Source: Haliotis rubra (Eukaryota). Taken from it: a DNA stretch of 64,000 bases. Shown in pieces: positions 1-14,709 of this stretch. The first letter of the stretch is position 1, and each line of letters begins with the position of its first letter. The position numbers were made by a program, and so were the translations under genes. The stretch is taken from positions 124,001-188,000 of the forward strand of contig NW_025765814.1 of NCBI RefSeq assembly GCF_003918875.1. The letters run 5' to 3'. The notes below the pieces were generated by a model. It worked only from the letters and a program-made list of their open reading frames with translations. It was not told the origin of the DNA and searched no databases.

Positions 1-683
1 GTTATGATTATGTCAAATGTTTTGGTGTGTATATAGCTAAGTGGAAGGAGAGTACTGAGTTAAAGGTTTCAAATTTCTGCTCCAGAAAGGATCACTACCA
101 CCAAATTCAGTTGAAGCCAAAATTGTTGCCATGGAAACGCAAAAAAAATACCCATTTTATTCAGAAATCCAAAACTAGCAAAAGGCACCAGTTCACCACT
201 AGACCTACATATGTATGAAAATTGGTGATGAAACAGTGAACAGTTTTTAAGTTCTGCTCAGGAAAAAATCACTACCACCAATTTCAGTCAAAGTGAAACT
301 TGTTGCCATGGAAACGCCAAAAATATTTTATTCAGAAATTCAAACATACCAAAGGGCACCAGTTCACCCCCCAGATCTATCTAAATGCCAAGTTTGGTGA
401 AGAAACATTTCACAGTTTTAGAGTTCTGCTCTGGAAAAGAGTACTAGCACCAATTTCAGTCTAAGTCAAACTTGTTGCCATGGAAACGCAAAAAATATTT
501 TATTCAGAAATCCAAAACTACCAAAAGGCACCAGTAGACCACCAGATCTATCTATGTGCCAAGTTTGGTGAAGAAATATTGAACGATTTTAGAGTTATGC
601 TCCGGAAAAGATGCGTACGGATGCACGGACGTACGGACGGAGTCCATTTTAATACCCCCAGCAAAACGCGTTGCGGGGGATAA
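1..683. mobile_element. Helentron/HINE (pearl-like) non-autonomous element with internal tandem array, cut by the window start
   Basis: About 175-bp core repeats (ttgttgccatggaaacgc at 123, 300, 472); ACGG microsatellite about 616-640; terminal hairpin cccccagcaaaacgcgttgcggggg then taa. Confidence 0.7.
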
Positions 684-1347
684 CATACTGGTGCTTCTTT
701 ACTTCTTTCAGGTTGTTCAGGTATTTTTTGGTGCAACGTCCTTAGTCGCTTTCTGTAAGCAAAACATCCAAAGTGTTCCTTAATGATAGGTAAGTTTACA
801 TGAAACCTTCTGGGGTTAACTGTGACCCATATGGCAATTAAGTGATGTAAGTGGCCTACTGACCTACTTGGACAAGGCGTGCCTCACCTGGACATGAAAA
901 TGTTCATTTATACTGGCAGTTGATGGGGCCAACATCACATGGACATATCAAACGTCTATATACTACCAGCCATAACATAGCCATATCTTTCAGTGCCACC
1001 CTTTGATATTGTCACTTTGAACAGAGAGTCAACACCAAAGGTTCTGAAAATAACACAGTGGTAATGATTACTAGTAATCAATGGTGATAATTGTTTCTTG
1101 GGCTGTAACAACCTGACAATAATGCTTCCCAGCTGCTGGTGCAAGGAATTGATTGACTCTCAAGGCTGTGTCATGACATCCAGCAACACTAAAATACCTT
1201 GGTACCCGCACCATACAGGTGCAACCAATTTTGTTGAATTGCAAAATTATTGAAAGTATTCTGTCGCAGTCAGTATCAGTGTGGATTTGTCATGAAAACA
1301 TACACATAGCTGCATGAGCTTGAGGTTGATAGTATGAGCATTGATTA

Positions 1348-1694
1348 GTGAGTGAGTGAGTGAGTTACGATCTTAAGTCACATCAGCAATATTTCAGTCA
1401 TATCGTGACTAAATCAAATTATGGATTTATATCAATTGAAAGTAAATTTTAATAACGAAGGACACTAAAACAACTAGATTATCACAGATATAATTTAAAA
1501 CTAGTAATTAAATCTAAAATATTTAACTATAAATGACAATACAATATAAAAACAGGCTATAGATTGCCAACAACTGAAGGTAGATCACCATACTAGGGAC
1601 CATGGGGACTTACAGTACATTTGCTTCCTGCATGGGCCCTAGCTGGGTTTACACCATCCCTTCAGATGTTAGCAATGTTTGACAATCTAGCCTA
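1348..1694 (-). mobile_element. 5'-truncated retroelement 3' end (LINE 3' UTR-like), family D
   Basis: (CACT)n tail; TSD AGCATTGATTA; homologous to 12697-13119. Confidence 0.75.
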
Positions 1695-3032
1695 AGCATT
1701 GATTAACCCTATCAGGGCAGGATAACACAAAGTCCGAGCTCTCACACTTTGAAACCACCTGATCACTCTTTCAATTCATTCTTGGAGTTAGCTATCTCAT
1801 TTAACACAGTCTGTACATACCAAATAATCCACAGATTGATAGGAAGGCACATACATACCTAGTATGGGCTCAGTAATTTTGTGACAATGTATCAAGTGAT
1901 TACTTTACACATTTGATTGGCTAATAGATTGCTAGAAGTCAACAATAATTTGCATACAGCAGTACAAGTCAACCAGTGAGATCAAAACACATCAATGTCA
2001 GAAGCATCAATGTCTCATAAAGATCTCAATATTTAGTGTGTATTTGTTGAAATATTGCTGCATTTAGACATTCTGTGAATTGATACAAGCACATTATGAT
2101 TTATAACCTCCCAGTGATGTCATGTCTGACATAATATCTCGAGGTTCATATCACAAGGTGATATCATAATATCACAGTTGATGACACTGTACAGAAGGCA
2201 TACAGGAAATGATGTAAAATCAAATGAAAATTTGCTTTTACAACAATAGGTGTTGGTATGTCTCTTATGAGTACCGGTATCTGGTAAAAAATCATCAAAA
2301 TAGTCTTATTGCTTGTATCATTTAACCTAAAATCTACACAAAATTCATTCACAAGTGATATCTCCCTTCGAAACTGATTAACAAGAAATGGGAAGTCGGT
2401 TTTCTCTGACAACAATGCTGACCATGACAATTTATATCTGCATGGACATTGTCAATCACTCTCAAACACTTAAAGCTCCCAATATATCACAATATGTATC
2501 TTAGTAAAGATACCTGCATTGCAATGTAATCTTTTGCCAGTACACAGCTTCAGCATCTGCCTTGTAACAGGGTGTGTTGAAGATTCAAAGCATGCCACCA
2601 GGAAGATAATAAATGATATTCCATCTTCCTGCCCATAACACTGATCAGGAAGTCTGGCAACTATGTTAGACATGTTTGCCCCTCAGTGGATAACATTACA
2701 TATCACTCATCTCCATGACACGCCAGACTTCCCTTTCATGAAGCATGGCTCTGTTCTGAGTGAGTGAGTGAGTTAGTGAGAGAGAGAGAGAGAGTTTGGT
2801 TTAACACTGCATTTTTAGTACAAGTATTTCAGTAAACAGCATGTCAGCTTTCTGTGAGAAAAGCCTAAAGTGATGCAAGTTTAAGATGCTTACATCTTTG
2901 GTGAAACATGATATAACACAACATGACATGATATGTCACATAAATTCAAGGAAATGCACATTGTATATCATCAGCAGCAGCAGCATAATACTTATATTTG
3001 TACAGCGCCAATATCCAGCTCAGCTGCTTAAA

Positions 3033-3275
3033 TTTCACATAATTTCAAGGACATGCACATTGTATATCGTACCTTGACATAAAATGTCACATAATTTCAA
3101 GGACATGCACATTGTATATTATACCTTGACATAAAAGGTCTCATTATTTCAAGGACATGCACATTGTATATCATACCTTGACATAAAAGGTCTCATAATT
3201 TCAAGGACATGTACATTGTATATCATACCTTGACATAAAATGTCCCATAATTTCAAGGACATGCACATTGTATAT
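3033..3275. repeat. 52-bp tandem repeat, about 4.5 copies
   Basis: (a/t)atttcaaggacatg(c/t)acattgtata at 3041, 3093, 3145, 3197, 3249. Confidence 0.9.
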
Positions 3276-4001
3276 TATTGTCAATTAAAATGCGAGATAA
3301 GGGGTGCATTGTAAACAGCCAGCAAGCGATGTCCAGTGATTCGCCAAACAATTGGTTGCTAACTTTCTGCACTTACAATCTCGCTAATCGCTGGCTGACT
3401 TCACTTTGTTATCAAACCAAAATGGCCGCTGACACAAAATTTAATTTGAAAGCAAAACAAGAAATTCTTGACTGAATCAACTTGGAAACAGGCAAAGACA
3501 GCTAACATACCGGCATCCTTCAGTGGTGTCATTAATAATAAAACATTCACTGGTATGTCATTGAGCCTCTTCTATAGGGTCGGGGTAGCCTAGCGGTTAA
3601 AGCGTCTGTACATCAAGCTGAAGACCCAGGCTCGATTTCCCACATGGGTATAATGTGTGAAGCCCATAAATGGTGTCCCCCTCTGTGATATTGCTGGAAT
3701 ATTGTTAAAAGCTGCGTAAAACTACACTCACTCCCTCACTTATTCTTCTACCATAGGACCCGTGAAGGTCCGGGTTAGAATATTGGCCTTCAGTAACCCT
3801 TGTTGTAAGGGGCAACTAACGGGATTGGGTGGTCAGGCTCGCTGACTTGGTTAACACATGTCATTGGTTCCCAATTGCGCAGGTCGATGCTCATGCTGTT
3901 GATTACTGAATTGTTTGGTCCAGACTCGATTGCATCCCCATTTTAAGAGTGCACAAACACTTCAAGCTGTGGTATACCCTGGATGAGCAATTAATTTATC
4001 A

Positions 4002-4160
4002 GGGCAGTGGGGTAGCCTAGTGGTTAAAGCGTTCGCTCGTCATGCCGAAGACCCGGGTTCCATTCCCCACATAGGTATAATGTGTGAAGCCCATTTCTGG
4101 TGTCCCCTGCCGTGATATAGCTGGAATATTGCTAAACGCGGCATAAAACCACATGCACTC
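4002..4160 (+). mobile_element. tRNA-derived SINE family B (about 165 bp), representative copy
   Basis: ggggtagcctagtggttaaagcg..ggttc(g)attcccc head and gctggaatattgctaaa..gcggc tail. Other copies at about 3577-3740(+), 4863-5026(-), 5398-5565(-), 7102-7272(-), 7486-7636(-), 7849-8000(-), 14130-14290(-), 18428-18545(-), 20974-21146(-), 36614-36862(+), 37927-38084(+), 51916-52059(-). Confidence 0.88.
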
Positions 4161-5397
4161 TTCTATCATAAAAGTTGCATCGCCATTTTAGGAGTGCAAA
4201 AGCACTTCAAGCTGTTGTATACTCTGGATGAGCAATTAATCTACTTACTCAACAATTCATGCAAAGCATCCAAGATGTTGCATTCTGACCCAGAGATGCA
4301 TAACATCTGTTATAGCATGACGAGCTGTCCCTACTTCAAGGAGGGAGACATCGCTGCAATACCAGACATAGACACAATTTCACCAGGAAATGCAAATATG
4401 TACATATGTACTGGTATGGGATGTTTGACAATAAATATTTGGGTTAGCTTGTCATGTGTTAGTGCTTTGTATTACCAAAACAACTATTCGTGGTGGTCGA
4501 CATAAAATACTTTCTAGGAGGTCAACACAGAGGCTCCTACACAACTTGAACACATGAGCCATTCTATAACTTCACAGAGCTTTGAACGGTTAATGTAAAA
4601 AAATCACCAGGCAATAAACAATATACTTTAGTGCATTGTGCTGCACAATGTAGCTTGTATTAGAGGACATGGTGAAACACCTTGCATCACACCAGCCAGT
4701 GGGTGTGGAGCCATTTATTGGACGACATCCGTACCCAGGATTGTTTGCTGGGTGAATCTCTTTGAACATGTGGACAAGGCATCCCGATCAGTTGGTCTGT
4801 GGTTTGAATCCTGTTACAAGACTGCTACAACAGGGATCAAACACTTATCTGAACTATGGGAGAGTGAGTGAGTGAGTGAGAGAGTTTAGTGTTACGCCGC
4901 TTTTAGCAATATCACGGCAGGAGACACCAGAAATATGCTTCACGCACTGAACCCATGTGGGGAATCAAACCTAGGTCTTCAGTGTGATGAGCGAATGCTT
5001 TAACCACTAGACTACCCCACCGCCCCTGAACTAGGGGAGAGTCTTAGCACATATGAAAGATTTCATTCATTCTGTATCTATCATTTTAAATTATTAAGCC
5101 TAAAGCAAACTAAAATATAGATGGGTCCTTAAGTCATTTTGGTTTTCTGCTATAGTATTTTAATTAAGGGACCCTAAATCTTTTAGTTCTACTATTAAGA
5201 TTATGAAAACCCCTCAATTTCAATCTATTATCAAATGCAGCTGTCTGTATGAATGAGCAAAGAGACGAGTGAGTGAATGATGGGATATGTTATCACTAAT
5301 GTCTAATCTTCACTAATGACAAATAATTTTCATAAAGTTGTTGAGACCTTGACCAGACAAACCACTGGTTGATAATGTGAATAACATCTTCTCTAGA

Positions 5398-5565
5398 CTG
5401 ACTGACTGAGTTTGGTTTTACGCCGCTTTTAGCAATATTCCAGCAACATCACGGCCGGGGGACACCAGAAATGGGCTTCACACATTGTACCCATGTGGGG
5501 ATTCGAACCCGGGTCTTCAGCGTGACGAGCCAACGCTTTAACCACTAGGGTACCCAACCGTCCCC
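5398..5565 (-). mobile_element. SINE family B
   Basis: Full-length; TSD TCTTCTCTAGA. Confidence 0.88.
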
Positions 5566-5848
5566 TCTTCTCTAGAGGGTCAGTGGGTACAGTTCTATCC
5601 CCCTTTATTCAAACAATATCATGGTTCTGGGAACCAGAACTGGATTTCACATTTTGCACCAATGCGGGGAACTAAACCTGTTTCTTTGCTGCGATGAAGG
5701 AACACTGTAACCACTAGGCCCGCCACTGCCTCAGTCTACCCTTGGGTACATGATACAAAGATGTCCTGAAATCCCCTGGGGGTTAAATCACAACCTCCAT
5801 GAAAACACAGAATGCACTCCATCGCCTCAGTGAAGCCATAATTGGAAG

Positions 5849-6294
5849 TAGGGCTGCAACGAATACACTATGTGGCAAATATGATACGTATCATGAATAT
5901 TGGGTAACAAATACGAATAATTAGTCACGAATACAATATTGTAGTTAAGTGATTGATGTACAATATGGAATGCCTATGTTGACAGTTTTGATTTGTCACA
6001 GCAATAACCAGTGATCCCATGACACTCAAATTTGGTATGTAATAGTTATAGTTGACAGTACCATGTGCGGCCTTGGCAAACTAACGACTTGGGCTACTGC
6101 AAGGCTAGTACATATTCCATTACTGCATATCTCACTTTCCAAAAGTACACAAGGGTTCGAGTAAAACATGCTCCCTTAAAAAAAATTGTAAATATTCGTT
6201 AATATTCAGTTCCGGTGACCACGAATAACAAATTGAATTCATGAAGGGCTGCGGTTCAATTCACCGAATATGTGAATGAATCGTTACAGCCTTA
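5849..6294. mobile_element. hAT-type MITE
   Basis: tagggctgcaacga...tcgttacagcctta; 8-bp TSD ATTGGAAG. Confidence 0.8.
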
Positions 6295-7197
6295 ATTGGA
6301 AGTGAGATAACAAATAAGCATGAAGCAACTTACCTCGACAACTATTTGATCAGACAATAGTCAATGATCATGTGAAACAAAGTAATCCCATCCCATAAAC
6401 ACATCCACCTCTCATGGAAAGACAACTCTCTCTGAAGTGAAACCCTCCCAAAACAAGATCGACGAGGAGGTGTTACAAACACAGGGAACTGCTCATACAG
6501 GGAACCACAGCGTTTGGTTTCAGGTGTTATGTCAACAGGAAAGATAGCTATCAACCTATAGGACATCTGTGTGTGTGTGTAACGCCACACCAGCTTTGTG
6601 TTAGCTGTACACATGACTTGATAAGCTGCATATTTCCCTCTATGTAAAACCATGTGTTGCAGAGTCACACAAGTATCACAAGCAAGTGTCAATGGACTTT
6701 CAATTTGATTGTTACTCACAGATATGAAATTGATAGTTCCGTGACTGGCTGGCCAATCATTACCCTCCTACTGAGCTGAAAAAAAACATCTTTCAGGATG
6801 TACGCTTATCCTGGTCTAATAAAATCTGCCCCATTCAACATGAGGTCAAAACATTTCCTCAACGAGGCTTGGGAAAAATTATATACTATTAGATTTTAAA
6901 CATTATTCAATTTATTGCATCATCTGTTTACTTGTTCAAGAGTTGCCCACAAAGCAATATTCCAGCAATATGACGGAGGCATAAATACTCAATTAGAAGA
7001 AAACAATCCAGTGGTGGATGTTACGAGCACCAATTCATGCCATCTTTACACTTTCCACTGTATCCACATGACTACCTCTTACAGCTCGCACAAGTTGCTT
7101 TGGAGTGAGTTAGTGAGCGAGTTTAGTTTTACACCGCTTTTAGCAACTTCCAGCAATGTTATGGCGGGGACCCCAGAAATGGGCTTCAAACTTTGTG

Positions 7198-7935
7198 CCC
7201 ATGTGGGGAATTGAACCCAGGTCTTTGGCATGACAAGTGAATGCTTTAACCACTAGGCTACCCCACCGGCCCACAGGCTGCATTGGACCTGTTCTAAGTT
7301 GGCATCCCAATCATCCAGATCAAAGTATACAGCAATACACTGACAGCTTTAGTATTTTGGGGTACAGAAGTGAGTTTGGCTTTAAGTTGAATAAGTATAC
7401 ATCAGTTATATCATGATACATCGGCCTGAAACTGAAAGACATGGAAGTGAAATGATGCAGATCTTGGATGTTTACCACAAAGGGTAAGTGAGTGAGTTTG
7501 GTTTTACGCTGCTTTTAGCAATATTCCGGCAATATCACAGCTGCGGACTTCACACATTGTACCCATGTGGGGAATTGAACCCAGGTCTTTGGCATGACAA
7601 GTGAATGCTTTAACCACTAGGCTACCCCACCGGCCCACAGGCTGCATTGGACCTGTTCTAAGTTGGCATCCCAATCATCCAGATCAAAGTATACAGCAAT
7701 ACACTGACAGCTTTAGTATTTTGGGGTACAGAAGTGAGTTTGGCTTTAAGTTGAATAAGTATACATCAGTTATATCATGATACATCGGCCTGATATTGAA
7801 AGACATGGAAGTGAAATGATGCAGATCTTGGATGTTTACCACAAAGGGTAAGTGAGTGAGTTTGGTTTTACGCTGCTTTTAGCAATATTCCGGCAATATC
7901 ACAGCTGCGGACTTCACACATTGTACCCATGTGGG
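7198..7935. repeat. 364-bp tandem duplication bounded by SINE B copies
   Basis: cccatgtgggg at 7198, 7562, 7926; the two units are nearly identical. Confidence 0.92.
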
Positions 7936-8963
7936 GAATCGAACCCAGGCCTATGGTGTGACAAGCAAACACTTTAACCACTGGGCTACCCCACGGCCCC
8001 TTACTATAAAGGTGTAAACCCACTAGCAAAGACACTGACAAAGCTAGAAACAATCAGAATGAGCTGAGATTCAAACCCATAATCCGAGGTTTATCTCATG
8101 CCTAAGGGACATAACTTGTACAGAGTGTTGTAACAGCCCCCGAGGACCTGATGATGCACTTGATGTCAAGTTTCAAGTGGGACAATCACGTTCATCTGCA
8201 AGATGTCTTTAAGGGCCTTTCAAGAGCAGAAGGTCAGCTTGAACTTCAATATTTTTTGCAGCATTACATGTCTCTCTGAATAACATATTGTCACATTTCA
8301 AGCAGTCTATACCGACATACATGTAAGTATTGTCAGCTCGTCAGAGCAGTTGTCGCTGTCCCATCATGTGTTTGCCATACCAGCCTTGACCAGTATTCAT
8401 AAACACACACACTTATATTGTTATCATGTTTAGAATTCTCGCATCAGTCACCATCATCATCCACTTTTCTGTGTTTCAGGAAGAGATTTCTCACTCACAA
8501 GCGGTGCCTGGCCATACTGACTTTTGCATAAAATATGATACCCAAGTATGCAGACATTATGACCTTCAAATATGAGCAGTGATAATAACATCAAAGCACA
8601 TAGCTGCCAATATCCCACAGTATGTACCTCAAAACAGATACCTGTATTGAAATTGTCAAGACATGGCCCCATGAGTTAAAATACAGCCTATCAACCTTCA
8701 ATGTTTCTTCTTAAGGAATAATTTGTCTTTCCAATGAGCATATAAAAGAACAATTTCTTTGGTTGCTTGTTGGTAGGTTAGTTGTTTAATGCCACACTCA
8801 GCCAAATTCCAGCTACATGATGGCAGTTAGTACATAATTGCATCTGGACCAGACAATCCAGTGATTGACATGAGTATCAATCTACACTGTTGAGATATGA
8901 TCACAGGAATCAAGTCTAACTCAGCAAGTCTATACACCCTGTGCCATTAGTCACCTCTTAGAG

Positions 8964-9735
8964 GTGAGGTGAAATTGGGTTTAACGTTGTGCATGAGAAT
9001 ATTTTGCTCATATGCCGACATGCATGCGTGTGTATGTTAGTGTTGGGAATTGGTTGAAATCTCACAATTGATGATTGTTTCATTACCAACGAACAATCAT
9101 TGAAAAAAATTTGGTTAGTGTCATTTTTCAGATTTTCCTATCCAGGTTGTTATTGCAGATATGTATAACATGATGCAACTTGCTACTTTAGAGTGATGAC
9201 TAATATATCATGATCATAAACTTCCTGGAGTCTTCAAGAAATATTTCGTCATGCCTTTTCAGTTAATGAAGTGAGTTTTCAAAGAATTGAGCAAGTTTTC
9301 AGGCCCTGACAACTTCGAAGATATGTTCCATCGTCAAATGTTTCAAAGACTAAAACAGTAGTTCCAAAATCGTTTGTGTTCGATTATGAGAAAATGTCAT
9401 TGATTGCTTGGTCGTTTGGTCACTGCGACCAATCTTCGATTATTTCAATTAATTGGAGCACCACTAGTGTATGTGTATGTGCGGCTGCTTGTACTAGCCC
9501 AGACTTAAGCTGGTTTTATAGTGCTAGCCCACTGAGATACCATGCCGCAGTGAAGCATGAATACCCCACTCAGACACATTATACTGACTCTGAGCCGACC
9601 AGTCCTTGTTGTACCCATTAATGCCGAGCCCCAGGCAGGGACCAACAAGTACCATAGTGTAACGTCTTTTGGTATGACGTGGTCGGGGATCGAACCCGCG
9701 ACCTTCCGCTCTAACCACTACACCACGGAGGCGGT
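8964..9735 (-). mobile_element. SINE family A, interrupted by hAT MITE
   Basis: Homologous to 31986-32331; TSD about CACCTCTTAGAG. Confidence 0.85.
9038..9466 (+). mobile_element. hAT-type MITE (family with 3 copies), inserted in a SINE
   Basis: TAGTG...CACTA ends; 8-bp TSD GTGTATGT. Confidence 0.85.
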
Positions 9736-11184
9736 CACCTCTTAGAGAATGAAACTTGCTGTTAATAAGGGTCATGTTATAGGGATGTCAAGTTGTATTT
9801 CTACAATCCTAAAACAGCTGTTTTATTGCTTTCTAGTTCTGTATTGAAAGTATTATAGCAATCAAGGTTTTACAGAGCCACAAATCCTCCATTTTACGAG
9901 TAGGAACAAGCTCTTTTTACCTAAAATAATAGTAAAATATATCAAAGTTGCACAAACTGAATGAACTACAAAAGTACTGTTAAGACATTACACATGACAG
10001 TTACAACACAATAGTATCGCAGTATCAGCACTACTACTGTACAAGTACAGTGATGGTTTGATAATAGCCTCTACACTTTACCTCTCTGCATCATTAACCC
10101 AACCATAAAGCCTAAATACATACACTAAATACCTAACCCAGTCAATGGCCTGGGTGGTTGTTGGGAGCCCTGGAAAGTGCATTCTGTCCATTATAAATAA
10201 ACATATTTGCTTATGGAAATCCACATCCCTTCAAGTCGGGTGTGTTTTTGAAAGTAAGACTGATAAGGCAATTGATTAAATATCCATCTATTTTCATGAC
10301 ATTTTGTCCATTGGTACTACTGAGTGGCATGTAAAGCACTGAATGTACCACCAAAGGTCCAAACAAATGTGACACACTGATCTACCACTTCTTTAACTTT
10401 TAGATTCAATGTACAATAGCAGAGCATACTTATCATACATTAAAACCTCAAAGATTCAAGTTCTGGGAACTGATCCTATTTTTTGGGAGGGTGTGTGTCT
10501 TATAGACGAGTTTGACAGTGTACCTTAGAAGCATCAACAATAGCAGGAAAAACAACATGACAACTCTGTCACATATTTGAAGAAACAAAATCACAACAAT
10601 TTTATAACCGGGTCCAAAATATAAAAAGACAAGCAGAAAGCTGGAGGTAGTAAAGTTAAACAACATGTATTTTCCAACCATCATCAAGTATTAAATATAT
10701 TTTTTCTACTGCTAAACTTAAAAGAATAATTACTTGTCAGTTATACCTTTTTGATACCTGGAATAAAACAGGTTTCTTAAAACTGACAAAAGTACACACC
10801 TGCTCCAAGCCTTGTCTGCAGTGGGGTAAATCCAAACACATTCACACTACCTTCACTGAAGATGGCAACTGTTGACAGTATCCTGAAGTCTGTGAAAGTC
10901 TAACACATGACAAACTCTGCCGAAAAGGTGGGGTTTACAGATAATAGACACAAAATAGACATAGTACTGACACAGGGAATCACATCCCGTCTGTAGTCCT
11001 GGTACACACACACTGACCCAAGTTTATCTTTTTGCTGGTGGGACTATTTAAACATGAACCACAACAGAAAATAGATCCTTATCAATCATATGAGTGACGA
11101 GTTTTCATTTCTGAATCACACCTGTGTCTTGTGGACAAGATCCCCTTGGGGAGGACCCTAAGAATATCTCCATACACACCTATC

Positions 11185-11720
11185 TCACTATAACACTAAT
11201 CATCACTCTCACACAGCAGCCTCAGTATAAGACAGATCACCATGATCATACACAGCAGCCTCAATATAACACTGATCATCACTCTCACACACAGCAGCCT
11301 CAGTATAAGACAGATCACCACATTTAAGACAGATCACCATGATCATACACAGCAACCTCAATATAACACTGATCATCACTCTCACACACAGCAGCCTCGG
11401 TATAACGTTGATCATCACATTTAAGAAGTAAAGTCTCAGTAAAACACAGATCATAACTCTCACACACAGCTGCCTCATTATAACACTGATCATCACTCTC
11501 ACATGCAACAACCTCATTATAACACTGATCATCACATAACTACATACCATTCCCCATATAACACTAATCATAACACAATTACATATCAACCTCTCTATAA
11601 CACTGACAATCACTCAGCAATCTCAGCACAACACAAATAATACCCTTATACAAAGCTGCCTCAATATAACACTAATTGTCACTCTCATACAGAGCAGTCC
11701 CAGTATAACACTAATTATAA
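11185..11720. repeat. Degenerate tandem repeat of about 36 bp
   Basis: Recurring cacacagcagcctca.tataacactgatcatcactct. Confidence 0.8.
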
Positions 11721-12696
11721 TAGTCATTACAATGGTAGATGAAGCATTGAACATTTTTCAAAATAGTACTATTTCCACTCACAAATATGAATCATGGTAA
11801 TTTCCATTTGAGAGACAATAATTCTCAAATTGAACTGAAAAAGCATTAATACTAGACAGCAACAATATTTGCAAACATTTCATTCTCCATAAGGAAATAA
11901 CCGTGACTGAAAACAGGCAACATATAAACGTCATGAGTCAAACTACATACAAAAAAGGAATTTTTTATTTGAATAAACGTGACAATGAACGTTATTGTTT
12001 TGAGTTTCCTTAAATACCAAAACACACCTAGTTGTAACAATACAAAATATTATCCACTCCAATAATCCAAAGAAAATAGAAAAAAACAAAACTCCAAACC
12101 TAAAGCTTGATTCATATGTATGTTGTTATGTTGCTCTGAGTTAAAAATCAAAAAGACAATGTTATGGCAAGGGTTATACCTGAGCAGACAAGGTGTCTGT
12201 GAAGCTATGTCACTCAGATGTCAGCACCTAACACAATGAAGCCGTACTATACATAACAATAAAACTGTTTCTCACAACACTGATATGTGTCTTTATCAAT
12301 TTAAACAATAAAATTGATCTAAAAAAGGTTACACAACCTTGCCTATTCGGAGTCATATTGACACTAAAACATTCATTTTTAAGTTTAAAATCTAACATTT
12401 GATGAAACAGGTGTGCAGCCATGCTTTTATCAAACACGGGTTTATTATACCCCTTTCTTCAAAGGGGTCCATGAATTCTTCTTGCACTCTGGTGAAGCTC
12501 CTGTTCAATGTATGTGGTTATCACATTAGTTAGAAAGTGATTTGTGACAATCAATTAGAATTTCCCCCTTATGCCACCTGACACTGCATATGTAATTAAC
12601 TGAGTTATGTTCACACATCACACTTTGTGACTCATAAACTACCGACATCCATCAAACTGTATTTCCAACCCTCCAGGTTCTTCCTGGCCTTCTAGA

Positions 12697-13119
12697 GTGA
12701 GTGAGTGAGTTATTATTTAACGTCACATCGGCAATATTTCAGCCATATCGTGACGAGAACACTTGCCATTGAAATAGAATATATAGAGAGATTATAAAAC
12801 CTGCCGACAAAGGACTGTAAAACAACTAGAGTATCACAGATATATATGTAAAACTAGTAATTGAATCTAAAACATTTTAACTATGAGGGACAACACAATA
12901 TAAAAACGGGCTATAGATCGCCAACAACTGAAGGTAGATCACCATACTAGGAACCATGGGGACTTACATTACTTTTGCTACCTGCATGGACCCTAGTTGG
13001 ATTTACACCATCCCTTCAGCAGCTGGCGATTGTAGGACAAGTTTAGCCAAAATTCAAATGAACAAATATACTACATTTAAAAATCGGGTAAGCAAAAAGT
13101 TAACTTTGAAAGTTTTGGG
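12697..13119 (-). mobile_element. 5'-truncated retroelement 3' end, family D
   Basis: TSD CTGGCCTTCTAGA; same 3' end as 1348-1694, longer 5' extent. Confidence 0.78.
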
Positions 13120-14371
13120 CTGGCCTTCTAGAAGGCCTACAACATGGGTACTATACATGGTACAGAGTCACAGACAGGGTTTCATTGCCATGCGGCTTTG
13201 TCTGAAGCTTGTCAAATAATAAACACTTTTAGCAAAGCACATCTTCATGTGCAATGTTCTTTGGAATGGCAACACATAGGGATTAATTAATTTCAAAGGT
13301 TGAAAGTACAAAGTGGAATAAACATTTATATGAAAGACAATATCAATGAACAGAAAAACACACAAAATGTACAATAAATTCTGTAGAAAAGGAAAAATGT
13401 GCAATGTGATTAATCACAAGGTAGAAAGTGCAATTAGTCAGATACAAAGTCAAATATGCAAGTATGAATTTAAGAAACAAAGCAAAATGTGCAATTAATA
13501 AGAAACAAAAGAAATTGTTTAATTAATTAATAAGAGTGAGTAAGTGAGTTGGGTTTTACACTGCTTTTAGCAATAGACAATAGATTTCTTAAAAAAAAAA
13601 AAATCACCTTTACCAAGAAGTTTGAAAGTAGAATGTATAATGCACAAAGGCTCAACTGCACACATTAACAGTGACAAATATACACACGATACAAGCCATG
13701 ATGTATCCCATGAACTGTGGCACACCATCATTTCATAATTCATTCTCACTCTGTGTTCTCATTAACGTGAATGGTTCATTAGTGCTACATGGTATTTCTG
13801 TTACTCTTCAACTGGTCAATATAGATCATATAACACAGAGAACCTATACACATTGACAATGTGTACATTACATAACTCATTGCTATCACAATACGACTGT
13901 CACTATCTCATAGTTGTACTCCGACAAAGGAAAATGGGGATTATGATACGAGTATTATCATGAAATAGTGATATAAGCCTGATGAACAAGGTGAGTTGAG
14001 GTGAAATAGGGTTTAATATGGCGTTAAAGATTACTGCAGTACCGTCACCTGCATTTACATGTGTGAGGCTAGTTTTATAATGCTAGCCCGCTAGGACACC
14101 ATGCTGCATTTGACATGGATACCCACTCAGTGAGTGAGTTAGTTTTACGCGGCGTCTAGCAAAATTCCAGCAATATCACGGATGGGGACACCAGAAATGG
14201 GTTTCACACTTTGTACCCATATTGGGAATCGAACCCGGGTCTTTGGCATGACAAGCGAACACTTTAACCACTAGGCTACCCCACTGCCCGACACAGTATA
14301 CAGACTGCAAGACGACCAGTCCTTGTTGTGTCCCCTTTATGACTAGTGTCAGGCTGGGTAACTAAAAGCAC

Positions 14372-14709
14372 CAGGGCTACAGATAAGGCCCATATTGGTG
14401 TATGTACGGATAAAAAATATGCATGATACGGTAGGAAATAATTTAGAAAACGTAGCAGATACGCGCCACAGCAATGGTGTACAGTCTTCAAATCATTTAC
14501 AGACTTATTTATCTGAAAAATTATTGTTTTATTGTTTATTGACCTGTTTACACAAGAGTAGCAATGTTGTGGTGCATATATGAAACGAAACACAAGATTA
14601 CTGAAACTCCATTAAATTCCATTCAGTACTCTTGAGGTTTTGCAGTACTCCTGTATTGAAAAAAACAAGGAGTATGTACTCCTGATGTTGAAACTTATCT
14701 GGAGCTCTG
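14372..14709. mobile_element. hAT-type MITE
   Basis: cagggctacagataag / cttatctggagctctg; flanks aaaagcac / acaagcac. Confidence 0.7.

Noticed and set aside
9524-9775. Recurrent small ORFs [11 protein letters not shown] / GTTRTGRL (also 23116, 32037, 50702) as a gene family
   Set aside because: Translations of SINE family A copies.
11124-11613. His/Gln-rich repeat peptides
   Set aside because: Products of a degenerate tandem repeat of about 36 bp, interrupted by stops.
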